A stretch of 30,437 nucleotides of DNA from Candidatus Binataceae bacterium (GCA_035624865.1 DASPQS010000173.1:1-30437), one strand, 5' to 3'. Shown: positions 17,828-26,023, numbered from the stretch's first letter. Numbers and translations are program-made. The notes: generated from the sequence alone by a model not told the origin.

Positions 17828-17843
17828 TGTCGCCAAGGCGACA
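17828..17843. promoter_or_regulatory. CRP-family-type box 1 (TGTCG-N6-CGACA)
   Basis: TGTCGC-CAAG-GCGACA, perfect half-sites, immediately upstream of the regulator start. Confidence 0.7.
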
Positions 17844-17878
17844 AATGCGCGCGATATCAAGGTAAGACCGGTTTCTTT

Positions 17879-17894
17879 TGTCGCACTCGCGACA
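17879..17894. promoter_or_regulatory. CRP-family-type box 2 (TGTCG-N6-CGACA)
   Basis: TGTCGC-ACTC-GCGACA, with the same half-sites as box 1, 51 bp away. Confidence 0.7.
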
Positions 17895-17913
17895 AGTCGG
17901 CAGAAATTAATTC

Positions 17914-17941
17914 TTGATGGGCGTTTAACACTCAGTACACT
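17914..17941 (+). promoter_or_regulatory. Putative sigma70 promoter of the phaEC operon
   Basis: TTGATG (17914-17919), 16 bp spacer, TACACT (17936-17941). Confidence 0.45.
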
Positions 17942-18026
17942 TGTTAGCTGTAAAGTCATTGGTGATTCCAGACATATCAGACCAACACGCAGGCGCGGCG
18001 AATCTTTGAAGGTGGGGTGAGTGACG

Positions 18027-18554
18027 ATGAGCGTCAAGCAGTCGCATTTCGCGGATGAATTGGTGAGATTCTGTGAAGCGGCCTGGTTCGATCTCCCGTT
18101 GGCCGCAGCCGGACGCATCGCAGGGAGTGTCGACGAAAAGAGTCTGAGCGAGGCCGGATGGAAAGCTTACGAGGCGTGGGTCGGCTTGGCTAACGAGGCT
18201 GCCAATCGCCTCTACGCCAACCCCGCCTTCGGCGAAGCGACGGGCCGCGCCTTCGAAACGGCACTGAAACTCCAGCGCGTCGGCGACGCGCTCGCTTCGG
18301 CATTCTTCGCCAATCTCTGGCCCGCCCTCGGATTGCCGACCCAAAGCCAGATCAATGCTCTGCGCGACGAAGTCATCGCGTTGCGCGAGCAAGTCGCCAA
18401 CGCTCCTTCGGCGCAGCAGTCCCAGCCTCCGCCGCAACCGCCTGCCGAACAACCCTCTGCGTCCGCCGAATGGCCGCGAGCGCTCCGCAACGGCTCATCG
18501 CGCGAAACAGCGGCGTGGGCAAACGGAGAAGGCAAGCAACGTGTCGCCGCTTGA
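18027..18554 (+). CDS. phaE: Short PhaE-like subunit of class III PHA synthase
   Basis: YEAWVGLANEA...ANPAF...LGLPTQSQINALRDEVIALREQV resembles the PhaE C-terminal LPTRxE coiled-coil region. Lies directly upstream of and overlaps phaC. Confidence 0.65.
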   Translation: MSVKQSHFADELVRFCEAAWFDLPLAAAGRIAGSVDEKSLSEAGWKAYEAWVGLANEAANRLYANPAFGEATGRAFETALKLQRVGDALASAFFANLWPALGLPTQSQINALRDEVIALREQVANAPSAQQSQPPPQPPAEQPSASAEWPRALRNGSSRETAAWANGEGKQRVAA

Positions 18555-19650
18555 GCATATCGCCGGCTTTTGGGTCGATGGCGCTTTGCGCACGCTTGAC
18601 GCCTTTGCCAACGGCTTCGGCTCGCCTGACACTGATCCGCCCGCCACCACTCCGTATGAGGTGATCTACCAAGGCGGGAAGGTCAGCCTGCGCCATTACA
18701 AGCCCGAAATTCGGCGTCACAGAACTCCCTTGGTGATCGTTTACGCCCTGATCAAGCGCCCGTTCGTGCTCGACCTCCAGCCAGGCAAAAGCGTCGTCGA
18801 AAACTTGCTGAAACAGGGGTTTGAAATCTACCTGGTCGACTGGATTCCGCCGCAGCGTGCCGACGCCTGGCGAGGATTCGACGCGTACGTCAACCAGGAT
18901 CTGGCCAACGCCGTGCGCGCCGTCCAGGTCGCCGAGGGCGTCGAACAGGTTTCCGTCCTCGGCTATTGCTTCGGCGCGCTCCTAAGCCTGCTGTACACTG
19001 CGCTTCACCCGGCCCCGGTCAAGAATCTCGTTACGCTCACGATCCCCTTCGACATGGGCCGGCGCGAACTGCCGTTCTACAATTTAATCGACTCGATCAG
19101 CGGTGCGGCCGCCGACCTCGTAACCGATATCTACGGCAACTGTCCGGCCTGGATGGTCCACGCCGGCTTCACCGCGATGTCGCCGGTGCATCACGCTTTC
19201 GACAAGTATGTCGGGCTATATCGCAATGCCCGGCGCGACGGTTACGCCGAGATGTTCGACCTATTCGAGCGATGGATTCACAGCGACGTGCCGCTGGCAG
19301 GCAGGCTCTTCAGGGAAACAATCGATATATTCCAAAGTAACATTTGTGCCAAGGATGAATTCGCGATCAACGGCGTCCCGGTCAACCTGGCTAACGTCAA
19401 ATCTCCGCTGCTCAACGTCGTCGCCGAATATGACGACGTCGTGCATCCTTCCTCGAGTCTTCCTCTGCCTCAGTTCATCGGCAGCGAAGACAAGCGAAAT
19501 TTGACCTTCCCGACCGGCCATCTGGGCGCCGTGGTCAGCACCAGCGCCCTGACCAAATTGTGGCCGCAAATCGGCGCCTGGCTGGCCGATCGTGATCGAC
19601 AAGCTTCGGAATCCTCCGGTTTCGTCAGTTCCGTGACAAAAGCCGGATAA
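18541..19650 (+). CDS. phaC: Class III poly(3-hydroxyalkanoate) synthase subunit PhaC
   Basis: TPYEVIY, PLVIVYALIKRPFVLDLQPGKS, YLVDW, lipase-box GYCFG, catalytic Asp (AEYDD) and His (TGHLG); 369 aa. GTG start at 18541 after GGAGAAGG. Confidence 0.88.
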   Translation: MSPLEHIAGFWVDGALRTLDAFANGFGSPDTDPPATTPYEVIYQGGKVSLRHYKPEIRRHRTPLVIVYALIKRPFVLDLQPGKSVVENLLKQGFEIYLVDWIPPQRADAWRGFDAYVNQDLANAVRAVQVAEGVEQVSVLGYCFGALLSLLYTALHPAPVKNLVTLTIPFDMGRRELPFYNLIDSISGAAADLVTDIYGNCPAWMVHAGFTAMSPVHHAFDKYVGLYRNARRDGYAEMFDLFERWIHSDVPLAGRLFRETIDIFQSNICAKDEFAINGVPVNLANVKSPLLNVVAEYDDVVHPSSSLPLPQFIGSEDKRNLTFPTGHLGAVVSTSALTKLWPQIGAWLADRDRQASESSGFVSSVTKAG

Positions 19651-19746
19651 GGGGGCGACGGGTTCGTGGTTAAAATTGATGGGTCGGCAGGTGGCAAGCC
19701 CACCCGCAAAACAAAATCACCCGAAAGGGATCTTGGAGGAGATAGC

Positions 19747-20022
19747 GTGACCGAAAAGGAAAACCGAGAAGGAGTGTTCGAGGCATTCACCAAAATGGGC
19801 GAAACGTTCCTGAGTCTGGAAAGCGCCAAGAAGGCGGCAGCCTGGTACATCGACAACAGCGAGAAATTGGCCAAACAGGCGATCGAATTGCAGGAAAAGG
19901 CGACCACTTGGGCCAAGGAGACCCCGTTTGCCAGCCTGTTCGAGACGCAAACCTCAATCGCGCGCAAGTTTGTCGAGCGTTCTGCCAACGCCGCCCGCGA
20001 TCTCTGGCAAATTCAGCACTGA
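19747..20022 (+). CDS. Small alpha-helical protein, putative phasin-like granule protein
   Basis: 91 aa from GTG 19747 after GGAGGAG. Amphipathic-looking and rich in A/E/K. Last gene before a strong terminator in the phaEC transcript. Confidence 0.55.
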   Translation: MTEKENREGVFEAFTKMGETFLSLESAKKAAAWYIDNSEKLAKQAIELQEKATTWAKETPFASLFETQTSIARKFVERSANAARDLWQIQH

Positions 20023-20050
20023 GCAGCCGCTTTTTCCTTCTGACGAGACA

Positions 20051-20086
20051 GGCGTGAGGCCGAGCGCGGCTTCGCGCCTTTTTTTT
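20051..20086 (+). terminator. Intrinsic terminator of the pha operon
   Basis: 11-bp stem GGCGTGAGGCC / GGCTTCGCGCC (two G-U pairs), 6-nt loop, then T8. Confidence 0.85.
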
Positions 20087-20321
20087 GGCGCAAATCATTT
20101 GAGCGCCCCGGACAGACTCCCATCTTTCACGCGCCCACCGAGTGCGCACAATTTTCAATTGTCGCCATCGAATCAGGCGTTCTCGAGGTGGAGCTTTACC
20201 ACTTGTTGAATCGGGGTTAGTATCGCCGCCGCATCGAAAGAAATGTACCGATGTTCGGCCTCGGATGCGGTGTGGCGCAAAGTACCGACCGACCGGCTAA
20301 ATTCGCGTTGGAGGTAATGAG

Positions 20322-21140
20322 ATGGCGAGCTACGAAACGCTGATCTACGAAAAAGTCGAAGACAAGATCTTCCGGCTCACTCTCAACCGGCCCGAAAAGC
20401 TCAATGCGATGTCGCAGAAGCTGTTGAAGGAGCTCGACGGCGTCATGGAGGAGTTCGAAGGGGATCCCACCGCCAGCGTGCTCATCGTGCGAGGAGCAGG
20501 GCGCGCATTCTGTGCCGGCTACGACCTACAACCCACTCAGCAGCCGGGGTCGGGCTTTACCGTGCACAATGACCGCACCAACCTGCACAAGATGGTCGAC
20601 CGATGGCAGCGGCTGTGGGCTCTACCCAAGCCGATCATCGCCCAGGTCCACGGCTACTGCCTGGCGGGCGCCACCGAACTCGCAGGCCATTGCGATATCG
20701 TTTTCGCCAGCGAGGATGCCCAATTCGGCCATCCAGCCGGTCGCGCGCTGGGGATCCTGCCTACCCTGTCGATGTGGCCCATCCTCATCGGGCCGCGCAA
20801 GACCAAAGAATATTTTTTCACCGGCGACCTAATGAGCGCGAAGGAGGCAATCGAATGCCACCTGGTGAACCGGGTCTTCCCTAAGGATCAGCTGGAAGCG
20901 GAGACCCTGTCCTATGCTCGCCGGGTCGCGATGGTTCCGCTGGACCTGCTCGCTCTCCATAAGGCCTCCATCAATCGCTGGCTTGACGTGATGGGCTATC
21001 GGGCGCTTGAGCAATCCTCCGCCGACCTTGACTGCATTGCTCATCAGACGGAAACCGTTAAGAACTGGATGAAGGCCAGCCGTGAGAAGGGGCTTAAGGC
21101 CGCTCTGACGGAGCGGGATCGGCCTTTCGCCAGAAAATGA
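20322..21140 (+). CDS. Enoyl-CoA hydratase/isomerase (crotonase) family protein
   Basis: LNRPEKLNAMS, GAGRAFCAGYDL, KPIIAQVHGYCLAGATELAGHCD. GGAGG ribosome-binding site. Confidence 0.92.
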   Translation: MASYETLIYEKVEDKIFRLTLNRPEKLNAMSQKLLKELDGVMEEFEGDPTASVLIVRGAGRAFCAGYDLQPTQQPGSGFTVHNDRTNLHKMVDRWQRLWALPKPIIAQVHGYCLAGATELAGHCDIVFASEDAQFGHPAGRALGILPTLSMWPILIGPRKTKEYFFTGDLMSAKEAIECHLVNRVFPKDQLEAETLSYARRVAMVPLDLLALHKASINRWLDVMGYRALEQSSADLDCIAHQTETVKNWMKASREKGLKAALTERDRPFARK

Positions 21141-21328
21141 CTTGGAAGCTCCGCGAGCGTTGTTACGACGAAATTCTTGCGGACGGGTATTCATAATACA
21201 TGGCATGAATGCACAGTTAGTGGCGCTGTTTGTGTCATTTACGCTACAAGACGGAACTAATCTCATCGCAAACATAATCTAAAGATAAAAAAGCCCTTTT
21301 AGATGAGAATTAACTAATATGAGTGTTA

Positions 21329-21343
21329 TGGCACATCTGTTGC
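21329..21343 (+). promoter_or_regulatory. Sigma54 (-24/-12) promoter
   Basis: TGGCAC-ATCTG-TTGC matches the core consensus exactly and follows an AT-rich tract (11 G+C in 21271-21320). Predicted +1 near 21355. Confidence 0.75.
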
Positions 21344-21408
21344 GGTGCGAGACAGCGTGGTGAAGCGCGGGAGATGGGGATTCTTACAGGAGGAGACGCT
21401 TACACGCT

Positions 21409-21609
21409 ATGGAATCCATCCGCATCAACAAGGGCGTTTGCGAACCCGAAATCGATATGAGCCGGCCCGCAGTGACAGGATCACCGCGCAAGGTCTGGCG
21501 GCTGCTTAGTTCGCTCCTCGGTTCGTCCAACCGATTCCCATCGAGGATAGGGACGCCGCGGCGCTCGGTCGACCGCGAGCAGCAACAGTACGCTCCGATA
21601 TACGACTGA
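21409..21609 (+). CDS. Hypothetical 66-aa protein (could instead be part of an sRNA)
   Basis: Downstream of the sigma54 promoter. AGGAGGAG at 21388-21395, but with a long 13-nt spacing to the ATG. No family recognised. Confidence 0.35.
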   Translation: MESIRINKGVCEPEIDMSRPAVTGSPRKVWRLLSSLLGSSNRFPSRIGTPRRSVDREQQQYAPIYD

Positions 21610-21713
21610 GAAGAAACGAAGAACGAGGATAGGTCTTTGCCCGAGCGGGCTAAGGCGTATCTTCTATCCCCAGTCTCGTCCGGCGCGGCGGTCGAAAATG
21701 ATCGGCATGCTTG

Positions 21714-21743
21714 ATAGTCGCGCAAGGCATAGTCGCGCAAGGC
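21714..21743 (+). repeat. Perfect 15-bp tandem repeat, two copies
   Basis: ATAGTCGCGCAAGGC at 21714-21728 and 21729-21743, intergenic. Confidence 0.85.
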
Positions 21744-21979
21744 ATATCGGGTAGCCGCCTCCCATCGGGGCTAGCCAGTTCTCTCCCGCCTGGCAACATG
21801 CCTCGCAGCCACATTCCTCCGGATCGTAGGTAACTTACAGTCATTGCTACAAAGCGGGCGCCCGCATTTTGCCGATGCCCCTTCGAGTAGCGAAACTACA
21901 AGCTATCGGTCACTCTCACTCACTCGAATATGATGGCACTAATTTTGTTCCCCAAAGGCTCCCACGTGGGCAGCTTGCG

Positions 21980-23713
21980 ATGCAGCGGCAGCAATGGCGC
22001 GGGTGGACGGGGAACGTAGCGTCTCGATGGCGGTTCGTGCCTCGGTTCGCGCTCGTTACGGTGAGCGGGCTACTGACTCTTTTGCCCAGCGGACAGCCAA
22101 GAGCATACGAGATCGGTCCAACCCGGACAGAAGAACTGTTTGGGCCAGTACTCGCCTGGGAGAGTCGGCCAGGGTTTCGCCTTGATAACCTGTCCGGCGC
22201 GATGCGCAATCTGGCGGCGGCGGCCGAACGTGAAAATCAACCGAAGGCTGATTCCAGTACGGGGGATTCTTACCCGAGGGAACCAGAGTCGCCGTTGCCG
22301 CTCGGATTCGTGACCGCGGATAGTCTCACAATCTCGTCGGCGAACCTTAAGCTGAGTCGCTACACCGGGTTTACGCAGAGCGAGACTTCTGCCGCTTGGT
22401 GCGGCTCGAACATGCTGGTCGCCTTCAACGATACCGCGGCAGAAATAAGCACAATTGCCGCGGCCAGTGGAGTAAGCGCGATCGGATTTTCAGTGTCCTC
22501 CAATTTTGGGTCGAAGTTCACCTACACAGGCGCCCCCAAGACCGCGCCAAATCTCTCACAGATTCTCGCTGGAGATCCGGCGCTCGTATGCGCCGACTCG
22601 AAAACGTTCTACTACAGCGCGATCTGGATGGACGGAGTGGCGACGACAAATGGTGTGGCCATCAGCAAGTCGGTGGACGGTGGTATGACCTTCTCCGCAC
22701 CTGTCCCGGCGGTCACAAAGCTCAACTCTAGCCATATCATCAGCCGGGATTGGCTCGCGATCGATTCCGCAAACCCTGGCCATCTTTACATTGCTTACGT
22801 GGACTTCGATTTCTCTGCCACAGTCTGCGGAAGAGATCCTATCTCAAATCAACCGATTGCCCGCTATGCAGTGGAGATGGTGAACTCTGTAGATGGAGGC
22901 GCCGATTGGAGTTCCCCCACGGTCGTGGAGCAGGTGTGCGCGGACTCGACCAGCCCGAACGCGCGGGTTATGGCCCCACAGGCGGCCGTCGATGCTGAGG
23001 GAGCTGTGTACGTGGTCTGGGAGGCGATGGGCGAGAATGGTGGTCCCCTTACCGCGCGGCAAATCCGGATCGCGCGCTCGATCGACGGCGGCGGTTCGTT
23101 TTCCGCGCCCCTGCAGATCGCGGCGGTCACCTCAATCGGCAATGGCGCTGACTTGCAGGGGTTTATTCGGGGCTTCGAGTCTCCGAGTCTGACCATTGGC
23201 AAAGGCAAGAAAGACAAGGGATTCATCTATGTCGCTTGGAGCGACGCGAGCGCCAGTGCCGCGGATAAGCTTTCGACGACCGGGTTGTACGGCTTTTCCG
23301 ATATCAGGTTCGCGAGTTCGGCCGATCACGGCGCTACCTGGTCCACACCTGTGCGCGTCAACAACAACGTCGAAAGCGCAACTGCGCAATCCGATCAGTT
23401 CGAACCGGCCGTGGGCGCCGACAAAAATGGGGAAATCGTAGTCTGTTTCTATGATCGCCGAAGGGATTCGAACAACTTCCTGCTAGACCGCTATTGTGGG
23501 CTCTCGACTAACCGCGGCGTCTCCTGGAGCAACAGGAGGATTTCCTCCTCCAATTTCCCTCCGCTGGTTGGGCAGGATGCCCTGGTGGCGGCCGATTACA
23601 TGGGTGAGTACGACGTCGTTACTGGCGATGGGCTTGGCCAGCACGCCGGCCTGATTGCGCCCTACGCGAACAATGCGACAGGTCACCCTGTCGTAACGTT
23701 CAAAAAATTCTGA
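21980..23713 (+). CDS. Exported BNR/Asp-box beta-propeller protein (sialidase-like fold)
   Basis: Five Asp-boxes (SVDGGMTF, SVDGGADW, SIDGGGSF, SADHGATW, STNRGVSW) and an N-terminal hydrophobic segment after RWRFVPR. Start uncertain (21869 or 21980). Confidence 0.8.
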   Translation: MQRQQWRGWTGNVASRWRFVPRFALVTVSGLLTLLPSGQPRAYEIGPTRTEELFGPVLAWESRPGFRLDNLSGAMRNLAAAAERENQPKADSSTGDSYPREPESPLPLGFVTADSLTISSANLKLSRYTGFTQSETSAAWCGSNMLVAFNDTAAEISTIAAASGVSAIGFSVSSNFGSKFTYTGAPKTAPNLSQILAGDPALVCADSKTFYYSAIWMDGVATTNGVAISKSVDGGMTFSAPVPAVTKLNSSHIISRDWLAIDSANPGHLYIAYVDFDFSATVCGRDPISNQPIARYAVEMVNSVDGGADWSSPTVVEQVCADSTSPNARVMAPQAAVDAEGAVYVVWEAMGENGGPLTARQIRIARSIDGGGSFSAPLQIAAVTSIGNGADLQGFIRGFESPSLTIGKGKKDKGFIYVAWSDASASAADKLSTTGLYGFSDIRFASSADHGATWSTPVRVNNNVESATAQSDQFEPAVGADKNGEIVVCFYDRRRDSNNFLLDRYCGLSTNRGVSWSNRRISSSNFPPLVGQDALVAADYMGEYDVVTGDGLGQHAGLIAPYANNATGHPVVTFKKF

Positions 23714-23716
23714 CTA

Positions 23717-24646
23717 TCAGGGCCGAGCCAGGATCAAGACCTCGGAGCGCCGTGTTTCAGGATCGAGCCGTACGAGGTAGGCGGGCAAACCACTGTCCTG
23801 CGCTGCAATATTGGTTTTGCCGTTGCAGCGGCATCGTGCGACCAATGCGTCATTGATGTCGGCGAAGCGGTCGAGATTGAGCGCTGCCGTTTTCATTTGG
23901 GTGTTTGCGATCCATAGCCTGAGCACGCCTTTGTTGACCTCGACGTTTGAGACCATGCTCATGCCGGAAACGGTCGTTTTGTCCGCGACCCAGCGCCTGA
24001 AGGCGCCTTCGTTCATCGCTCGCAACTGCGGATACTGGCGCGAAATCTCGGAGATAATGGGAGCCAGGTGACCGTCATGTCGCCCCGTCGCGGAGTCGCG
24101 GTTGACCAGCGCCCAAAGCTGCTTGGACCAGCGTTGCGCCGCCTGCGGGTCGCTGCCCGGAACGTCTTCGTAGCGCATGATGGCGGCCTCGGCCTGCGCC
24201 GTGTCTTTGTTGGCGAGAGCGGTTTCGATTTCAGTCGCCAGGGCAGTGCGCTCCGTCTGTTGAACCTCGACCAAAATGGCGGCGCTCTGGCTGCCAGAAC
24301 GGTCCGAGGCGACGGAGCATGCGCGCGCCTGTTCAGCGAGCGGGTAAGAGGGAGCTCCAATCCGGTATTCCGTCAAACAGAGGTCATCGGCTACTTCACG
24401 TTGCTCGTGCGCGGAAAGCTTTGGTTCGCTGTGCTCAGCGGCGACCAGGTATTGATGTGCCGACGCATAGCGTCCAGCCTTGATCTCGCCGCGCGCTGCC
24501 GCAAGGGAACCATTGACACATCCGCTGGCGCCTACACATAGCGCGGCCACCGTCGCGGCGGCCGCTAGAAACCGCAGACGCGAACTAAGCTTCGCGCGGA
24601 CGTTACGAGTGTTCACGGCAAATTCTCGGATCCTGCTTCCGTGCAT
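23717..24646 (-). CDS. Hypothetical lipoprotein
   Basis: Basic N-terminus, hydrophobic stretch FLAAAATVAALCVG and lipobox-like ASGC; long protein-like ORF. The true start may be slightly downstream. Confidence 0.7.
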   Translation of the reverse strand: MHGSRIREFAVNTRNVRAKLSSRLRFLAAAATVAALCVGASGCVNGSLAAARGEIKAGRYASAHQYLVAAEHSEPKLSAHEQREVADDLCLTEYRIGAPSYPLAEQARACSVASDRSGSQSAAILVEVQQTERTALATEIETALANKDTAQAEAAIMRYEDVPGSDPQAAQRWSKQLWALVNRDSATGRHDGHLAPIISEISRQYPQLRAMNEGAFRRWVADKTTVSGMSMVSNVEVNKGVLRLWIANTQMKTAALNLDRFADINDALVARCRCNGKTNIAAQDSGLPAYLVRLDPETRRSEVLILARP

Positions 24647-24765
24647 CGACAGATTATTGCCAACAACAAATCCTGATTCGAGATGCCTTGCTAAAGGAAG
24701 CTATATTTGACGATAAAAGCATCATCTGGGTCAATTTCGATCGGTAGGATGAGGCGGAAGCCCCT

Positions 24766-24782
24766 CTGGCACGGCGGCTGCG
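24766..24782 (+). promoter_or_regulatory. Sigma54 (-24/-12) promoter of the cpaE-like gene
   Basis: CTGGCACGGCGGCTGCG versus consensus YTGGCACGRNNNTTGCW (two mismatches; GG/GC spacing exact). Predicted +1 near 24793, 25 nt before the ATG. Confidence 0.6.
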
Positions 24783-24817
24783 TGTAGCTTCAATCCAAAC
24801 TACCTCAAAGGTTTTTC

Positions 24818-26023
24818 ATGTCATTGATGCGGCTATCACGCGAGCAGTGGCAAAAATTGCGGGTCGGGGTCGTCGGTGGAGACAAGAAGGGCCGGGCTGA
24901 GGTCACAAGCGTATTGGCCAACTTCGAGGGGCCAAAGCTAGAAATAGCTGAAATTGACATCCCTAGCGATAGCCGATCCCGCGCCGAGCCTGACCTCTCG
25001 ATTCTCCTGTTCGGCGCGAACCAAGCCGAGTCGATCCGTTATCTCGAGACTCAGGCGGGCCGCGCACATCGTCCGGTCCTGGTCGCGATCCTTCCCGGCC
25101 ATTCGCCGACGGCAATGCGGCGGGTATTGCACGCCGGTGCCGACGAGGTGTTACTTCACCCGCTGGACGCCGCCGACCTCAAACGCATCCTGATACGGCT
25201 CGCGGAGGAGCGCGGCCCACTCGAACAAGGCTTGATCTATTCGATTTCCAGCCTGTGCGGCGGCGTTGGCGTGACGACGCTAAGCGGCGGCCTTGCACTC
25301 GCTTTGCGCTACGCGTTCGACCAAAGCGTTGCGCTCGTTGACCTTGATCTCCAGAGCGGAGGACTCGATGCCTTCCTTCACGTCGAGCCTGATCGGACTA
25401 TACTTCCTTTAACTGTTTCGACCTCCACGCTTGACCCCTCGAGACTTGAAGCGGCGCTAACCAGGCATCCGTCGGGCGTGTACCTGCTGGCGGCGCCGCG
25501 CCGAATCGACGATTCCGAACGCGTGAGCGACCTCATTGTCGCCGCCGCGCTCGACCATCTGCGCCGCTCCTTCGACGCCGTCGTGGTGGATTGCGGGCGC
25601 CATGTCGACGCCAATGTGGTGGCGGCATGGGAAAGGTCCGAAGAGGTTCTCTACGTGCTCGAACCGTCCGCGGCAGCAGCGCGAAGCGCGGCGCGCTTTC
25701 GTGAGATGTTTGACCATTTGGGGCTTCACGGGATTCAGCCCACGATGGTGTTGAACAAGTTTCACACGCATGACGCGCTGGACCAAGCGCAAATTTCGGC
25801 TTTGGCCGGGGCAGGGCCCTTCGCCCTGATTCCTCGCGACGACCGCTTGCTCGAGCGGGCCGAACTCCAGGCGCAGGACCCATGGCAAGTCGCGCCGGAT
25901 TCGAAGTTCGTTCGCGCCATCGAGGATCTTGCCCGAGGCTTGATCCAACGACGGCCGCAGGCCGCCACTCGTGGCGGGAAAATCGTCGCCTGCCGTCCGA
26001 CCGCAATCGGCCCGCGCATCTGA
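24818..26023 (+). CDS. CpaE/TadZ-like protein: pseudo-receiver domain plus MinD/ParA-like ATPase fold
   Basis: PDLSILLF...AGADEVLLHP atypical receiver, degenerate Walker A CGGVGVTT, VDLDLQSG, YLLAAP, Walker B FDAVVVDCG, VLNK. Confidence 0.8.
   Translation: MSLMRLSREQWQKLRVGVVGGDKKGRAEVTSVLANFEGPKLEIAEIDIPSDSRSRAEPDLSILLFGANQAESIRYLETQAGRAHRPVLVAILPGHSPTAMRRVLHAGADEVLLHPLDAADLKRILIRLAEERGPLEQGLIYSISSLCGGVGVTTLSGGLALALRYAFDQSVALVDLDLQSGGLDAFLHVEPDRTILPLTVSTSTLDPSRLEAALTRHPSGVYLLAAPRRIDDSERVSDLIVAAALDHLRRSFDAVVVDCGRHVDANVVAAWERSEEVLYVLEPSAAAARSAARFREMFDHLGLHGIQPTMVLNKFHTHDALDQAQISALAGAGPFALIPRDDRLLERAELQAQDPWQVAPDSKFVRAIEDLARGLIQRRPQAATRGGKIVACRPTAIGPRI

Noticed and set aside
21361-21870. Flp pilin gene near the cpaE-like gene
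   Set aside because: The small ORFs examined here show no G/(A,Q)xxxEY prepilin motif with a hydrophobic helix.
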